Shown: piece after piece, positions 1 to 12,848 of the stretch | Layout of the letters: each line of letters opens with the position of its first letter | Position numbering within the stretch: position 1 is the first letter of the stretch | DNA from: Basidiobolus meristosporus CBS 931.73 | Lineage: Eukaryota; Fungi; Basidiobolomycota | NCBI GenBank assembly: GCA_002104905.1 | Contig: MCFE01000020.1 | Location: forward strand, 62,001 to 126,000 | Reading direction: 5' to 3' | DNA length: 64,000 nucleotides | The notes under the pieces: model-generated | What the model was told of the DNA's origin: nothing | Database searches by the model: none | What the model saw: only the letters and a program-made list of their open reading frames with translations | Program-made: the position numbers and the translations under genes

Positions 1-90
1 CTTCCATCAAACTGAAGTATTGGTGGTTAGTGCGCTTCATATACTGAACCATATATGCCTATTTCATTGACTTGACTCCACGATTCCCAG

Positions 91-2482
91 CAAACGTCCC
101 CCTACGACATGGAGTAGTATGCAAAACTCTTCGACTCAACCGACCGCGCTCACCAACTGCATCGAGATAAGCGTTGTGAATTTCGAGGATTACAATCCAC
201 CTCAGTCTGAGGAGGACGACACGGAGGGCACCTCCCGCTCTGAGGCGGAAGATGACACCCCGTCACTAAAATATCCAAAAAGCGTACTTCGTGTCCGTTG
301 TGAGGGTGGGGCTGATACGGATGGAAAAATGATTGATGCTTTCGAGATAAACCCCGGTGAACTTGATGTTGAAAACCTTTTGATGCGAATTGCCGAACTA
401 CATGCGCGCGCTGTTATCACACGCTTCCGTGATATCTTGCTCAATTCTTCCTTCGTGAGTAATAGAATAGAATTTACAAAGGATGACCTTGAGATTTTGG
501 ACGAGCAGCATATCGGAACGTCGAAGGCGCAATCGTCAACCTGCGGACTGCAGGTTCGTTATCGCCAAGATCGCTATCTCACATTGAATGTGGATATCCG
601 AACCGGACGCGTGGTCATCGGGATGTCCGACAAGGTTATGCACGAAGGCGATGTCAAATTACGAGCACTTGAAGAAAAACTGAATGAGAATTTTGTTAAA
701 TTGCCGAGCTTGCTGCTTGAGCTGAAGTATGCCACTTTGATCGACGATGTGGAAAACATGGCTCGGTATCTTGGCTTGGAACCATACCCTATTCTTCCGC
801 TGCGAAACGAAGATATTGCCAAGTTTGGAACCACCAAAAGTCGCATGTTGTACCTGCAGTTTACACAACACCCAAGTTACTATCTTGTGGTCAGTATAGT
901 GGAAAACGCACTGAATTTCCGACTTATAAGCCTCGGTTCACCTTTGAGTGGCTCTCATTTGATGACTCTTAGTAGCTCTGTGCAGCTCGACTTGACGTCT
1001 TTACTTCGCCATCATCAGATATCGACCCAGGTGGCTACCCAGGGCCCCATTAGCTCGCGTCCGTCAGGTGGTAATGCCAAGCTTCCTAGCAAGGAAGCAA
1101 ACGAACTCACGATAGATCTGGGCCTGTTGTCGAAAATAGATTCATTTTGTCGAGCTCGGATATCGTTCGAGAAGCTCGAGAAGCAGTTGACTGGGCTCAG
1201 CATTGAGTACAAATATATTCAACCGATGCCTCTGGCATGTCACCCGGCTGATTTTTGCGCGCAAGACACAGCTAATCCAATCTCCCAAGTTCCCTTTATG
1301 CAAATCAAACCCCGAGACATCCCTCTTCGTAACAAGGGAGCCGATTGCTCAGAGTTTGTTGTTGGCAGTCTTAATATCCGTCTGGCAGATTGGTATGCAT
1401 CAGGGAAAAGCACCTGTCAAGTATCCATGGAGACCCGAATCCTGTCTCAATCCATCCCTAGCATTCAAGATGCTGACCAGGAGGCCGCCAAACGCCTACA
1501 TTTCGACCACGAGTCTCGGATCCTCTCCTTCAAGTACAGCGATTTTGACAGCTGTATTTCGCAATTTCTTAAGGATTGGGAGACCGTTATCATGGTGACT
1601 CTACTTGCAAAACAAACATGCCCAATCGTGAACTACTTTGACCTCACATCACTCAAAGCGTCCTATGGGAAAGAAAGATTCTCTCTGGCCGTCCGCTGGA
1701 AAACATCGAAGGGCTCTGGGAGTAACCAGGGGCATTATACGCTCGCATTGGAGGAGAACCTCGGTCAGATCAAACAAAGAAACCCTCATCGCAAGCTCCG
1801 TTTTTGCCTCGAAGATTACCTGAACCAGACGAAGGATTTGAAAAAGCTGATCAATCTGCTTAATGACACCTTGCCTTTACTTCGTGTCCTGGACGAGCTC
1901 CAGCGAAAGAGAAACGCCACAGATACATTCGGAAAGGGACTTACAGTTATCCCACGTCACGCAACACACATAAGATTGCAATTTTCAACCAGGTGAGTTT
2001 GTACATAGCCTTTACATCCCACATTACTAACACCTCCAATCAGATATGTTATCGACATCCGCATGTCTTCGGCAACCCGCATATTTATATCAGATGCTGC
2101 GTTCTCATTCTTAGAGCCACCGAACACATCCCAAGCAAATGCCATCCTACCGAGCCCAACTCAATTCGCCGGGGACCAAGCAATGATGCTGCTATCCCGA
2201 TCCCACATTAACCCCCAGCCAATCCCCGAGTTTGGGCAGTTCATCGCACAAGTTGGACAGGCACTTTCCCAACAATCACAATATTCGCAAGACGAACACG
2301 CCGTTGTCATACCGCTCCAACACGGCTTTATCTGCGGCATGTCCGTGTCGTCTTTTGTTCTCCACGAACTCAACAGCTTTATTGAAAGCATTGAGAGCAC
2401 AGCGGCGCCCACATCGTCCGAGATACCAACAAAACTCCCCACCCAAAATCTTCATTCAGAAAACTCCATCGAGATTGTATAA
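91..2482 (+). CDS. MED14: Mediator subunit 14 (Rgr1), 3' part; gene begins upstream of the window
   Basis: ORF 119-1996 splices via intron 1993-2043 (GTGAGT..CAG) into ORF 2063-2482, giving STR|YVIDIRMS. The sequence resembles the MED14 middle/C-terminal region (YLGLEPY, LYLQFTQHPSYYLVV). An upstream intron ends at CAG 90. Confidence 0.7.
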
Positions 2483-2842
2483 AAGCCTATATATAAAAGC
2501 ATAAAAACGCCATTGAATCTGTACTCTGAAAAAGCGTCTCAGCACGCTGAAAGCCAATCAACAGTGTTTTCTCTGATCACGCAATGCTGCCATATGGGGA
2601 GGAAGTAGTGGAATAAATCGACTGCAAGGTGTGGAATTATAAATGTGGCCGGATACAGATTAACAGCTTGATAATCATCCCATGATAAGATCATGCCCGG
2701 TGGTTGGATTGGAATTGGCCTTGTAGCTTAATTCCCAGATTATCAAAAATTTCGTCGGATTTTTTTCTTATCAAGAGGCCGAGTTTCTCGGGTGCTTGCT
2801 AATTCCACTCCAACTCATCCCACTTCCTCTTTTCGCTACCTC

Positions 2843-5121
2843 ATGACTACATACAAGGACAAGATCATCCTCAGGGATCTTATGGTCCAAACCACCTTGG
2901 GTGTGGATTCCTGGGAGCGCGAGAAGCCTCAGCCAGTCCTGTTGAACATCGTATTGTTCACTAATGTCTCGAACGCCGGTGATCATGATAACTTGACCAC
3001 CTCCATTCACTATGGCCACCTATGCAAGGGCGTCCAGAAGTTCGCCAAGGAGTCGAAACACCGGTCCATGGAAGCTTTCGCCAACGGAATTGCCCGGATT
3101 TGCCTGTACGACTTTAACGCTGCCATCGCCAACATCAAGGTGGAGAAACCCCGGGCTTTGCTCAACGCTGACTCGGCTGGGGTTGAGATCACGCGCGTCA
3201 AATCGGATTTCGAGGATATACCAGAGGCAGAGAGGCTCCAGGTGACTGAGGCCTTCAACCTGCCCAACGACACCATTTTCGTGAAAAATCTAAGACTCAG
3301 CGCCATCATCGGATGCAACCCTTGGGAACGAGAGCACAAGCAGACCGTTCTGTTGAACTTGATTATCCACTCCGACCCAAAGTACCTTGGGACCAAGATC
3401 GATCGTGTAGTGAAGCCTCACAACTATCTTACCATTGCCCGTGTGATTACCTCGCACGTAGAGGAGTCGGACTATAAAACAGTGGAGGCATTGTCAGCTT
3501 CTGTTGCGAAGGTCGCTCTCGAGAGATGCCATGTCCCTAGAATCACCGTCAAGGTCGAGAAACCCAGCGCATTGATATATGCTCAAGGCGCTGGAGTCGA
3601 GGTCACTAGGGACCAATCTGACTTCCCTGTGGAAGTCAGCACTGATGCCCACTCCGAGGACACCCTAAACACCCTCTATCCTACCAAAGATGAGCATGTC
3701 AGTATCCTTGCGGTTGGTACCAACCTTGGGGACCGTGTGGCGAACATCAAGGCCGCTTTGAAAGCCCTGCATGAGCATCCCGAATGCCGAGTTGTCGACA
3801 CTTCATTCTTGTATGAAACCCCACCAATGTATCTAACAGAACAGCCACCCTTCCTGAACGGCGCCTGCAAGGTATTTTCCACTTTACACTGGTCTCATTG
3901 TTTGTTGTTTGTTAAGTGTACCATCATCATTAGATTTATACCAAGCTCAACCCTACTGACCTTCTGGCGCTCTGTAAGACCATCGAAAAGGAGACCGGTA
4001 GAGTCCCAACCGTCCGTAACGGTCCTCGTGTCATCGACTTGGACATCTTGTTCTATGATAATTTGGAGTACAGCTCCCCTACTCTGGAGATTCCCCACCC
4101 TCGCATTCAAGAGCGGGCATTCGTCCTGAAGCCACTCTGCGATATTGCTTCGGATCTGGAGCATCCCAAGTTATTCCGTACATGTGGTCAACTCCTTTCG
4201 CAGCTTATATATGCCCATCCCGAGGTCGACCAGGAGATCTTTAAAGTGATGCCTATTGGCGAGACTCTTTGGAACTGGAGCCAGAAAACCTACATCATGG
4301 GAATCCTCAACGTCACACCCGACAGCTTCAGTGATGGCGGCCAGCATAGTACTCTTGACACCGCTGTCCAGCATGCTGAGAAGCTGATCGCAGATGGCGC
4401 CGATATCATTGATATTGGGGGTATGTCCACCCGTCCGGGGGCTGATGAAATCCCAGTCGAAGAGGAGATCAGAAGAGTGGTTCCAGTGATCAAAGCTCTT
4501 CGTGAAAAGGGAGTCACGGCCCCCATCTCGGTAGATACCTATCGCGCAGAAGTCGCCGAACGGGCCGTCGAGGCCGGTGCGGACTTGATTAATGACGTAT
4601 CCGGAGGATCGCTAGATCCCAAGATGTTCGAAACCATGGCCAAACTTAATGTGCCCGTGTGCCTCATGCACATGCGAGGTGACACCAAAACCATGGCAAC
4701 GTTGACCGAGTACAAAAACAATGATGTGATCGCCGATATTGTTGCCAAGTTGGCCGAGAGCATTCGCAGCTGTACTAGATCCGGACTCTACCGTTGGAAT
4801 ATCATCCTCGATCCTGGAATTGGATTCGCCAAGAACTCCGAGCAGAACTTCCAGATCCTGCGTCGCCTCCCCGACATTGTTAGCCCTGAAAGTGCTCTGA
4901 ACGGCTTCCCAACACTGGTAGGTCCCTCTCGCAAGGGATTCATCGGTCAGGTGACTGATAGAGCAGACGCCAAACATAGAGTCTGGGGAACTGCGGCTGC
5001 TTGCTCCGCCTCTATTGCCGGGGGCTCGAACCTTCTTCGTGTCCACGACGTTCAGGAAATGATCGACGTGGTGAAGGTGTCGGATGCCATCTGGAAGTCC
5101 GGGATTGAGAAAAACAACTAA
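2843..5121 (+). CDS. FOL1: Folate synthesis protein: tandem DHNA-DHNA-HPPK-DHPS
   Basis: Two dihydroneopterin aldolase domains (GVDSWERE..QPV, GCNPWERE..Q), HPPK (AVGTNLGDR, YETPP, GPRVIDLDIL) and DHPS (MGILNVTPDSFSDGG, IILDPGIGFAK, SRKGF, LRVHDV). Intron 3872-3933 restores the frame. Confidence 0.95.
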
Positions 5122-5351
5122 CGCTTGAAGCAGCAAATTGGTCGAACCCGCTGAACTTGTATTGTATGGACATTCTAGAACCCTCTTACGCTTACTCTTA
5201 CCGTTACTCTTTCTCACATCAATCCTCCTATCGTAAATAAACAACATATCTGCATCGAATTAAATCCAGCCAAGGTCTTTAATAAATTTTGGACGGTAGG
5301 TGTAGGGAAATTGATCAGGGATGACGAGATGCATCAGAGTAGACTCCTTCG

Positions 5352-6350
5352 TTAGTGATTTTTCATCGGAGCTCTCCAGAGAGTTCGCTTTTGTGCTTTA
5401 GGTGGTTTTCTCACCAAAGTAACCCTGCCTCCTACTTTCGTTCCAAACGCCAGCACGACCGACTCCTCCCCAGTGGCACTTCTTCTACTAGTATTCCGTC
5501 TCTTCTCCCGCCTAGAAACCACCTCCTTCGCAAAGTTGTATCGGTCCATATCTGAGGGAATGTGTAGATTTTGGGACTCGATGGATCTCTTCAGCCAATC
5601 AAAGGGTAGCTCTACGTAGGCTTCAACAAGTGATAGGTAATTCTCAGTCTTTCCACTAGTAAAAGCTTCGGTCTGCTTGGGCAATATTCTGGTTAGAAAG
5701 TCAAAGCAGTTTTCTCGTATATCTGCAGTATAGGCACCATAGCCGATTCCATCGGTTTGGTCCACAAACTGGGTGTATTCGAGAACAGTCTGTTGAGAGA
5801 TATTCTTCTTGGCGACTTCAGTGGCAGTAGCGCATAGTTCCTCTAGTTGTAATAAATAAGCCGTAGCTAATACGTTCAATGCGTTTGTCGGGTTGACCTG
5901 CAGCTGAGGAAACCCGGCGTAAAGATACCCAAGTGCTATCACTAGCCCTTCGTCCGAGATATTTGGATCTTCAAGGCTCAGAGTTAATTCCCGTGGGTTG
6001 GGGGAGGTGGTTAATAAATGATAAAAGAAAGTGGAGCGTGCTAATACGAGTGAATGCAACTTGTATACATTATTGGCTGAAAACTTAGGTACATGTAAAA
6101 TGACGTCCGAAAAAGCCCCGGCAAGAAACCCGGCTTGGTAAAGGTGTGTGCAGATTGCATTATGTTGAGTAGAAAATTCCCGTAGACTATGGTGACCTGA
6201 TGAATGGGTGTTATCTTGTTCTGCATTAGAGGGAAGGCCGTTTGTTAGAGGCCTGTTGACCTGTGCAATGTGGTGTCCATTCCCGTTAGCTTGAGATGAT
6301 AGATTCCAAGTTGTCTTGCTTTCACTTGATTGCCCGTTACCCTTAATCAT
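5352..6350 (-). CDS. BTB/POZ domain protein (germ cell-less-like)
   Basis: Intronless 332-aa ORF with a BTB signature: FSDVIL, YKLHSLVLARSTFF, ALGYLY, NVLATAYLLQLEELC. Confidence 0.8.
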   Translation of the reverse strand: MIKGNGQSSESKTTWNLSSQANGNGHHIAQVNRPLTNGLPSNAEQDNTHSSGHHSLREFSTQHNAICTHLYQAGFLAGAFSDVILHVPKFSANNVYKLHSLVLARSTFFYHLLTTSPNPRELTLSLEDPNISDEGLVIALGYLYAGFPQLQVNPTNALNVLATAYLLQLEELCATATEVAKKNISQQTVLEYTQFVDQTDGIGYGAYTADIRENCFDFLTRILPKQTEAFTSGKTENYLSLVEAYVELPFDWLKRSIESQNLHIPSDMDRYNFAKEVVSRREKRRNTSRRSATGEESVVLAFGTKVGGRVTLVRKPPKAQKRTLWRAPMKNH

Positions 6351-8846
6351 TCTATTTAATTTATGAGAACGTTTAAATCAGAACGCAAACCAATCTATAG
6401 ACCAGAGAGGACTCACTACAAGTAAATATGAGGCACCAAGGAGAAATAAATATTTGTAAATTTCAGAGTCGTTCACCAACAAATCACCCTGTTTGACCAA
6501 GGGCTTTATGAGTAAACTTCTCCATATACATGCAACTACCATGTATTGATAATATTATAGCAAACCAATTACATGTCAGTATTCCATCCAAACCCGGTAT
6601 TAAGCTCAGAATATTATCTGGGAGGCTGAGTAACTATCCAGTGTAGGATTGATTTGCTAGTCACATTTAATAGATACCAAGAGAAGTAAATTCCACTTGG
6701 TGATGAAATTCAAGCTACACGAAAGCATTTTCTAAAAAGTGGCATGTCCAATAGTGCCATTAAAGCCTCTTCTCGTCTTTCAAAGCAAGACTTAAGACAC
6801 TGGTCAGCATGTTTTCAGGAATCCTTGACCATAGGAAATCTGATCGGCTTGCTTCTGCAACTTCGCTGAACCCCCAAACCTAGACAATAGGTAGGCCATC
6901 AGGAGTCCCACCAGCTAATATACGTAGTGTAAATCCTAAAACTCGCTTTTCGCTTGTAACAATAGGCATATTGAAATCACCTTGCGGGACCTCTTCGCTG
7001 CACATTTAGCTTGCTTGGCTAGTATTTAAGATCAGAAACTCCCACCATCAATTTGACAATCTTGACAGAGCCACCATCTGCTGTTTCAGTTGAATTACTA
7101 AACTCCTCGCAATGTTTATTGTGCACTAAATGAGATCCAAGTCTGCAGTTCACTAAGCATCGCACCATCTTTCCTATCAAGCACTAGATTTTGAATTTTG
7201 AAGGCATATTCATATTCTCTATAAACCGAAATTTGACAAACAGTTGCATGTATCCTCATTCACATGAACCATTGATTAATTTTTTGAATGTATTGTGTTG
7301 AGCAAGTTCCCAGAATAGCTAATATTTGAACTCTAGAGCCGGACAGGCCTCATATGAATCGGAGGAACTTAGAATATACTAAAAATAGATTGCGAAAGAG
7401 TGCAAAACTAACCGCATTCCTTACCATTTCTCTAGTTGATATTAGCCCCATCATCTGTATCAGCTTGTGCCTTCTTCAATTTTAAAAATTGGCAACAAGT
7501 CATTTCAAGGTTGTAGCTGTAAATGAAACAGCATTATTACTGATTCAAGGAATAATGATATCTTAAACTACCATTGGATTTTACTAAGTTCTTTTTCACA
7601 TTCAGTCAAGACCTTTTGACATTGATTCAGTTTCACCCACAACTCCTCATCAGACACCTGATCAAAGCCTTCCATTCTAATACCATGTTAGACCATCAAG
7701 TCACAAGGAGCCATTTCGAACCTACTTTGATCTAGTCTGGCTGTAGTCTAATAGAATGATTTCATGAATCAAAGGGGTGGCATGAAAATGGTGACAAAGT
7801 CTCTCATACCATGATTATCAACGTGAGGCACCAGCTCCGCGAGATTCGAAGGTTCCCAAGTCAGAAATTTGGTAACCAATGCTTCCGCTAGATCACAAAT
7901 GTTTTGACACTACTGTACAATTGTATTCTGACGAAAAATTTACCTCGGCTTTCAAAATCCGTTAGCATCTTGTTGGCGTCAGAAGCATCTGGCGGATGAA
8001 TGGTTGCTAAATCTTTCAAGAAACGTTGCGTCTCAAAAAACAAATTGCCTAGGGATTGGCATGCATTGCTGATGCAGTGATTCAATATATATACAATTCA
8101 GAGGCTTAAAAGGCGAAGCATTACACCAATCTCGATTTGCTTTTCTCGATGACTATCAAGTCAGTATTCAGTTGATCAACCTCCCAAATTTTTTGCTGGT
8201 ATGCGTTCTCAAACCTATAATGATATTCCTTAGTTAGTGTGTAGAAGCAATCAAAAATGATGATTTTAACTCAGTCATCGTATTTGCTGTCTTAGCGGGA
8301 GAACCCAACACTTAAATAGCACCAAGGTAATGCATTGCAATGAATTGTATATGTATGCTAGTATTCTAATATCTGCATACTTTTGAGTCTAAAACCATGT
8401 AAATACCCCAAACGCCTGGGCTAAATAAACATCCAAAATCCAGTAGTGTATTTTGCAGCTGCGGATGTTTCAAACTGCACAATGCGGTTCTAGATGCTCT
8501 CAACCAGATGATCAGCAGAGCCAATGTAGCAATTTTTGCTAATTGGTTGTATAACAGATTCACAATAGAACGTATTGAAAATATACTAATGGCTTCTCAT
8601 CAGAAATATTAGGTGACACTTTTCATGATGTACAGTTGTATTTGTATATATGTATTCAGAGATTTTGTCATCTTGTATTAAGCTGGTATCACGCGACAGT
8701 TAGCGTCCCATATCTTCCTAACCGAGTATTAGGAGGAATGACCGAGGGTCTTAAATAAGTAAACAGATTTTAGCTAACCTGTCATATGTTTCAAATGTTG
8801 GAGAGGTGTCCGGCAAAACACCTCGACTCGCTCTGAACAGAACAAA

Positions 8847-9812
8847 TGGCAAATCTCCAGTCTACTCAACAACATACCTATAGACGAAAGATACAAAACA
8901 ACAGATAACATACAACAGGACATCCTGAATAATATAACCCTACATAATCAGTACGTCAAAACCTTCCTTCCAACACAAATATACCGACCAAATATTTGCA
9001 AACTTAAACGGATAAATCGCGGAGTAACTAGATACAATTGCTGGCCAGATACGCGCCCATCTAACATACAACATTGGATCAAACTCTCCAATCCCTTGCG
9101 ACATACACTACTGGCACCTGAACATAAAGAAACCATATGGTTCATGCTACATGTCAGGACTACTGTTAACACCCAGTTTAAATGGACAAATGGCCAATAT
9201 AATACAACATGCTCCCTGTGCAACCTTTTTCAGGAAACCAGAATGCATCTCCTCTGGGATTGTTGCCATGCCAGGAGATTCCTCCGATCCCTTATATATC
9301 TTTTTATGCAATTATTTGGACAAATACCTATCAACAGCGAACAACCGGGAATACACAATAACCTACAACTAGCCATGGATACAGTACAATCCGTTGAACA
9401 ATTCCCCAAATCGTTACATCCTTTGCGTGTCAAGATGACAATACCGTCGAAAATTCCCAATTTTTTGACGAAACAGAACACGAACACATATATTGCCTGA
9501 TTGTGGCCTTATATTTACTTACCATCTGGGAAACCAGATTGAAGATAATATACGACCATATCCCTTGGTCCAACAAGCTAATTCTGAACATCTTTCAAAG
9601 AAAATTTACCATCTACCTTAACTCGTATCAACATATGACACGATACAGGTACAAAAAACTTACCTTTACTGAGATATGGAATATCCAACCGAACATTATT
9701 ACAATTCAAAATGATCATACCCATGTAAACTGGGAAGAGACAATTTTACATCTTCTCTAACCTTCTTTGACTCATAAATCCTAACTACCCACAATAAAAT
9801 ATGGCCATCTAA
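8847..9812 (+). mobile_element. 5'-truncated non-LTR retrotransposon (LINE) remnant with zf-RVT domain
   Basis: CSLCNLFQETRMHLLWDC zinc knuckle typical of LINE ORF2 C-termini. Frameshift near 9498 (IA|LIVALYLLTIWETR). Flanked by a 17-bp direct repeat GCTCTGAACAGAACAAA at 8830-8846 and 9813-9829. AATAAA at 9793. Confidence 0.85.
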
Positions 9813-10323
9813 GCTCTGAACAGAACAAAATGCTAATCCATCAATCAGGAACCGCATCTGGATCTAGAGTATGAACACAGGTAAAGTTAAGACGGATGTT
9901 TGTGAGGCTTTATATTACATGCCTCAGTTTAAATTACTCTAACGGCTGATATCTAATTTTAAATAAAGTAAGTGGTGTGCGAATGCCATTTTGTTTATTC
10001 TTCAGCTCTATCATTCAGCAATAGCAGGGAATTTTTATTGAGGAGAGGGAGTCAAAGTGTGTTTTGGCACGGTTAATACTTCGGGGATTTTATTTGTCTA
10101 TTTTTTGATGCATAAGCTTCGAAGTTTAAGAGTTGCGTGTTGAAGAGTACTATGACTCAAAGACCATGCACTCTATATTGGTCCGTGACAGAGTTGAGCT
10201 GTTACAATTTTTATCTAGCTTAATAAAAGAATAACAACCTCAGCTAAGCCTCTTCAATCTCTTCAATCATCTGATTAGAGTCCAGTCTTTGGTTCGAACG
10301 CTATAAAAGTTATAAGTCGGGGC

Positions 10324-10873
10324 ATGAACAATTCAAATATTCTCCAAGAGCATCTAGAAAGAAGAGAAGTCAGTGGCTACTGTTGGACAAGCAAAAACTC
10401 CTGCCGCTGATGTTGTTCCTGAGGCTCCAATCGCTGAGGCCACTGAAGAAATCCAGGAAAAGGCAACTGAAGAGACCGAAACCACTCCTGAGCAACAGCT
10501 AGAGGCCACTCAACCTGAATCACCCATTTGACGGATCATCTCCAACTTCCTTTATCTCAAGAAGAGTAAGCAAACCGAGGTTCTACTAGACTCGACCGAA
10601 GTTCGAGTTTCAGAAAGCAACAATCTTGAGAAGCCTTTGGAAAATGGCAATGGCGTTGATGGAGAAATGACAGCTCAAACCTCAAACAAGGAGCAGTCAG
10701 CCACAGAAGAAACCACTGTTTTTACATTAAACCGTATATAAAAATTTAGTTCAATGGGACGCCCTGTCACTGTGCCCAAAGTCGCTCAATCAGCTGAGGA
10801 ACCTATCCCGGAGTCCAACCATGAGCAGCGTCTTGTTGTAGGTGAGCCTATTAAAGCTATCCAAGCTTACTAG
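10324..10873 (+). pseudogene. Decayed ORF for an acidic E/T/P-rich low-complexity protein
   Basis: One continuous frame (EAPIAEATEEIQEKATEETETTPEQQ...EEPIPESNHEQ) interrupted by TGA at 10529 and TAA at 10739, with a probable frameshift near the start. Confidence 0.5.
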
Positions 10874-11102
10874 TTAGTTGATTTCATAGTTGTTACAACT
10901 CTCATTAATTCTTCCCTGCGTATACTTTTGGTATACTAAATGATTTTCACTCAAGTTTTGGACAGCACCTATTTTATTCCTGTAATCCCTGATTAAAATG
11001 AGTTTTATGATTTTATGTACAAACAAATCTAATCATGATTTGTAAGAACACATTCGACTCATGATGTTGGAAAATACTTCAATCATTATGCCAAGAACAA
11101 TA

Positions 11103-11248
11103 TTGTTCCGCGAGTGCAACAAAAATAAGTTACTCCGCTAGTGCAAACAACCGATTACTCCGCTAATGTAATCAACCGGTTACTCCGCTAATGCAAATAA
11201 AAAAGTTACTCCGCTAGCGCGAAGAACAGGTTACTCCGCTAATGCCAG
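11103..11248 (+). repeat. About 25-bp periodic array with invariant core TTACTCCGCTA, upstream of ERG24
   Basis: Exact cores at 11130, 11155, 11180, 11206 and 11231 (spacing 25/25/26/25), plus a degenerate copy near 11103. Confidence 0.9.
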
Positions 11249-11348
11249 ACATACACTCAAAATAGAAGTCCATGATCAGGTGATTTCTAAATGATGTAGT
11301 ATTAAACCTACGAAGTGGACATCCTCACGATGCAAGGTTCTCTTTATC

Positions 11349-12755
11349 ATGTATACCTACACTAAGCTGAATCCGAAGTCGACAACTTTTGAGTTTATGG
11401 GCCCACCAGGCGCCATTCTGATCATTACACTTTGCAATGTATTGGTTTACTTTTTATACCTGGTTTGCAACGAAGATGGCTGCCCGCCCAATTGGTTATG
11501 GAACTTCAGCCCTCCGAATTTTTTGGCTTACGCTAACAAGCTGACCTTCTTTGAATACTCTACCCTATTTGTTTACCTCGGTTGGATCGCGTATCTTGCC
11601 ATTCTGTACTTTGTCATTCCTTGCGAAGAACGTGAGGGGACTCGGTTAAGAAATGGCCAAACTCTGAAGTACAAAATCAACGGTATTCCGTACGCTTTTC
11701 GGACCACTTTCCATATTCTTTCTAACACATGCCATTTTCACAGCTTTCAAGTCATTGTTGGTTACTCTCTTCTTGGTCATTCTTACGTTATTCGTCTACG
11801 GCCCCGCTCCTTTTGTATTTATTAGCGACCATTTTCTCTCGCTTATCACTGCAGCTGTGATAATCTCCACGACCCAGGCCTTCTATCTTTATTTTTCCTC
11901 TTTTGCTGATGGAAAGCTGTTGGCCCTTGGTGGTAATTCAGGCAACGTTATTTACGATGTAAGTAGCATTATTAGCGTTTATATATCCGAAACACCCCCT
12001 AATTCGGTGCTCAGTTTTTCATAGGGCGTGAGTTGAACCCTCGCATTGGCCCTCTAGATCTCAAGTATTTTTGTGAACTCCGACCCGGTCTTATTGGGTG
12101 GATAATGCTGAACTTTTCGATGACAGTCAAGCAATATGTTACATATGGGAAGGTCACAGATTCTATGCTTTTGGTGTTACTTCTCGAAGGCTATTATGTT
12201 ACTGAATCCCTTTACAATGAGGCGAAAGTGTTGACCACCATGGACATCACTACCGATGGCTTTGGATGGATGTTGAGCTTTGGAGATTTAACATTGGTTC
12301 CATTTACCTACACACTTCAGGCGCGGTATCTAGCTACCCATCCAATTGAGATCGGAGTGTTCTGGAGCTCCCTGATTGTCGGCACCAAGCTGTTAGGATA
12401 CTACATCTTCCGTAGTGCCAACAATGAGAAGAATGAGTTCCGTAAGAACCCAAACTCCCCCAAGGTGAAGCACTTGAAGTATATGGAAACAGAGACTGGT
12501 TCCAAATTAATTATTTCTGGCTGGTGGGGGATGTCCAGACACATCAATTATTTCGGTGATTGGCTCATGTCGCTTGCCTGGTGCTTACCCACTGGCTTCA
12601 ACACTATTTTCACCTACTACTATGCAATCTTCTTCGCGGTGTTGCTCTTCCATAGATCACTTAGAGATGAGCACAAGTGCAAGCTAAAGTACAAGAAGGA
12701 TTGGGACAGATACTGTGAGATTGTCCCTTACAAGATCATTCCTTACATCTATTAA
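11349..12755 (+). CDS. ERG24: Delta(14)-sterol reductase (ERG4/ERG24 family)
   Basis: Motifs GNSGNVIYD|FFIGRELNPR, DLKYFCELRPGL, TTMDITTDGFGWML, WWGMSRHINYFGD, CKLKYKKDW. Introns 11683-11743 and 11959-12014. Confidence 0.92.
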
Positions 12756-12848
12756 TTCACCAATAAAACACTCGCGATTCTCGGGGTTTATTTGATGGGG
12801 ACAATTTACACAGTTGACAGTGGGTTTCATCTGCAGTGAGGAGGTACT

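Noticed and set aside
11130-11241. CRISPR-like repeat/spacer array
   Set aside because: Eukaryotic context, an 11-bp core, 14-15-bp linkers similar to each other and no cas genes; it is a minisatellite or regulatory array.
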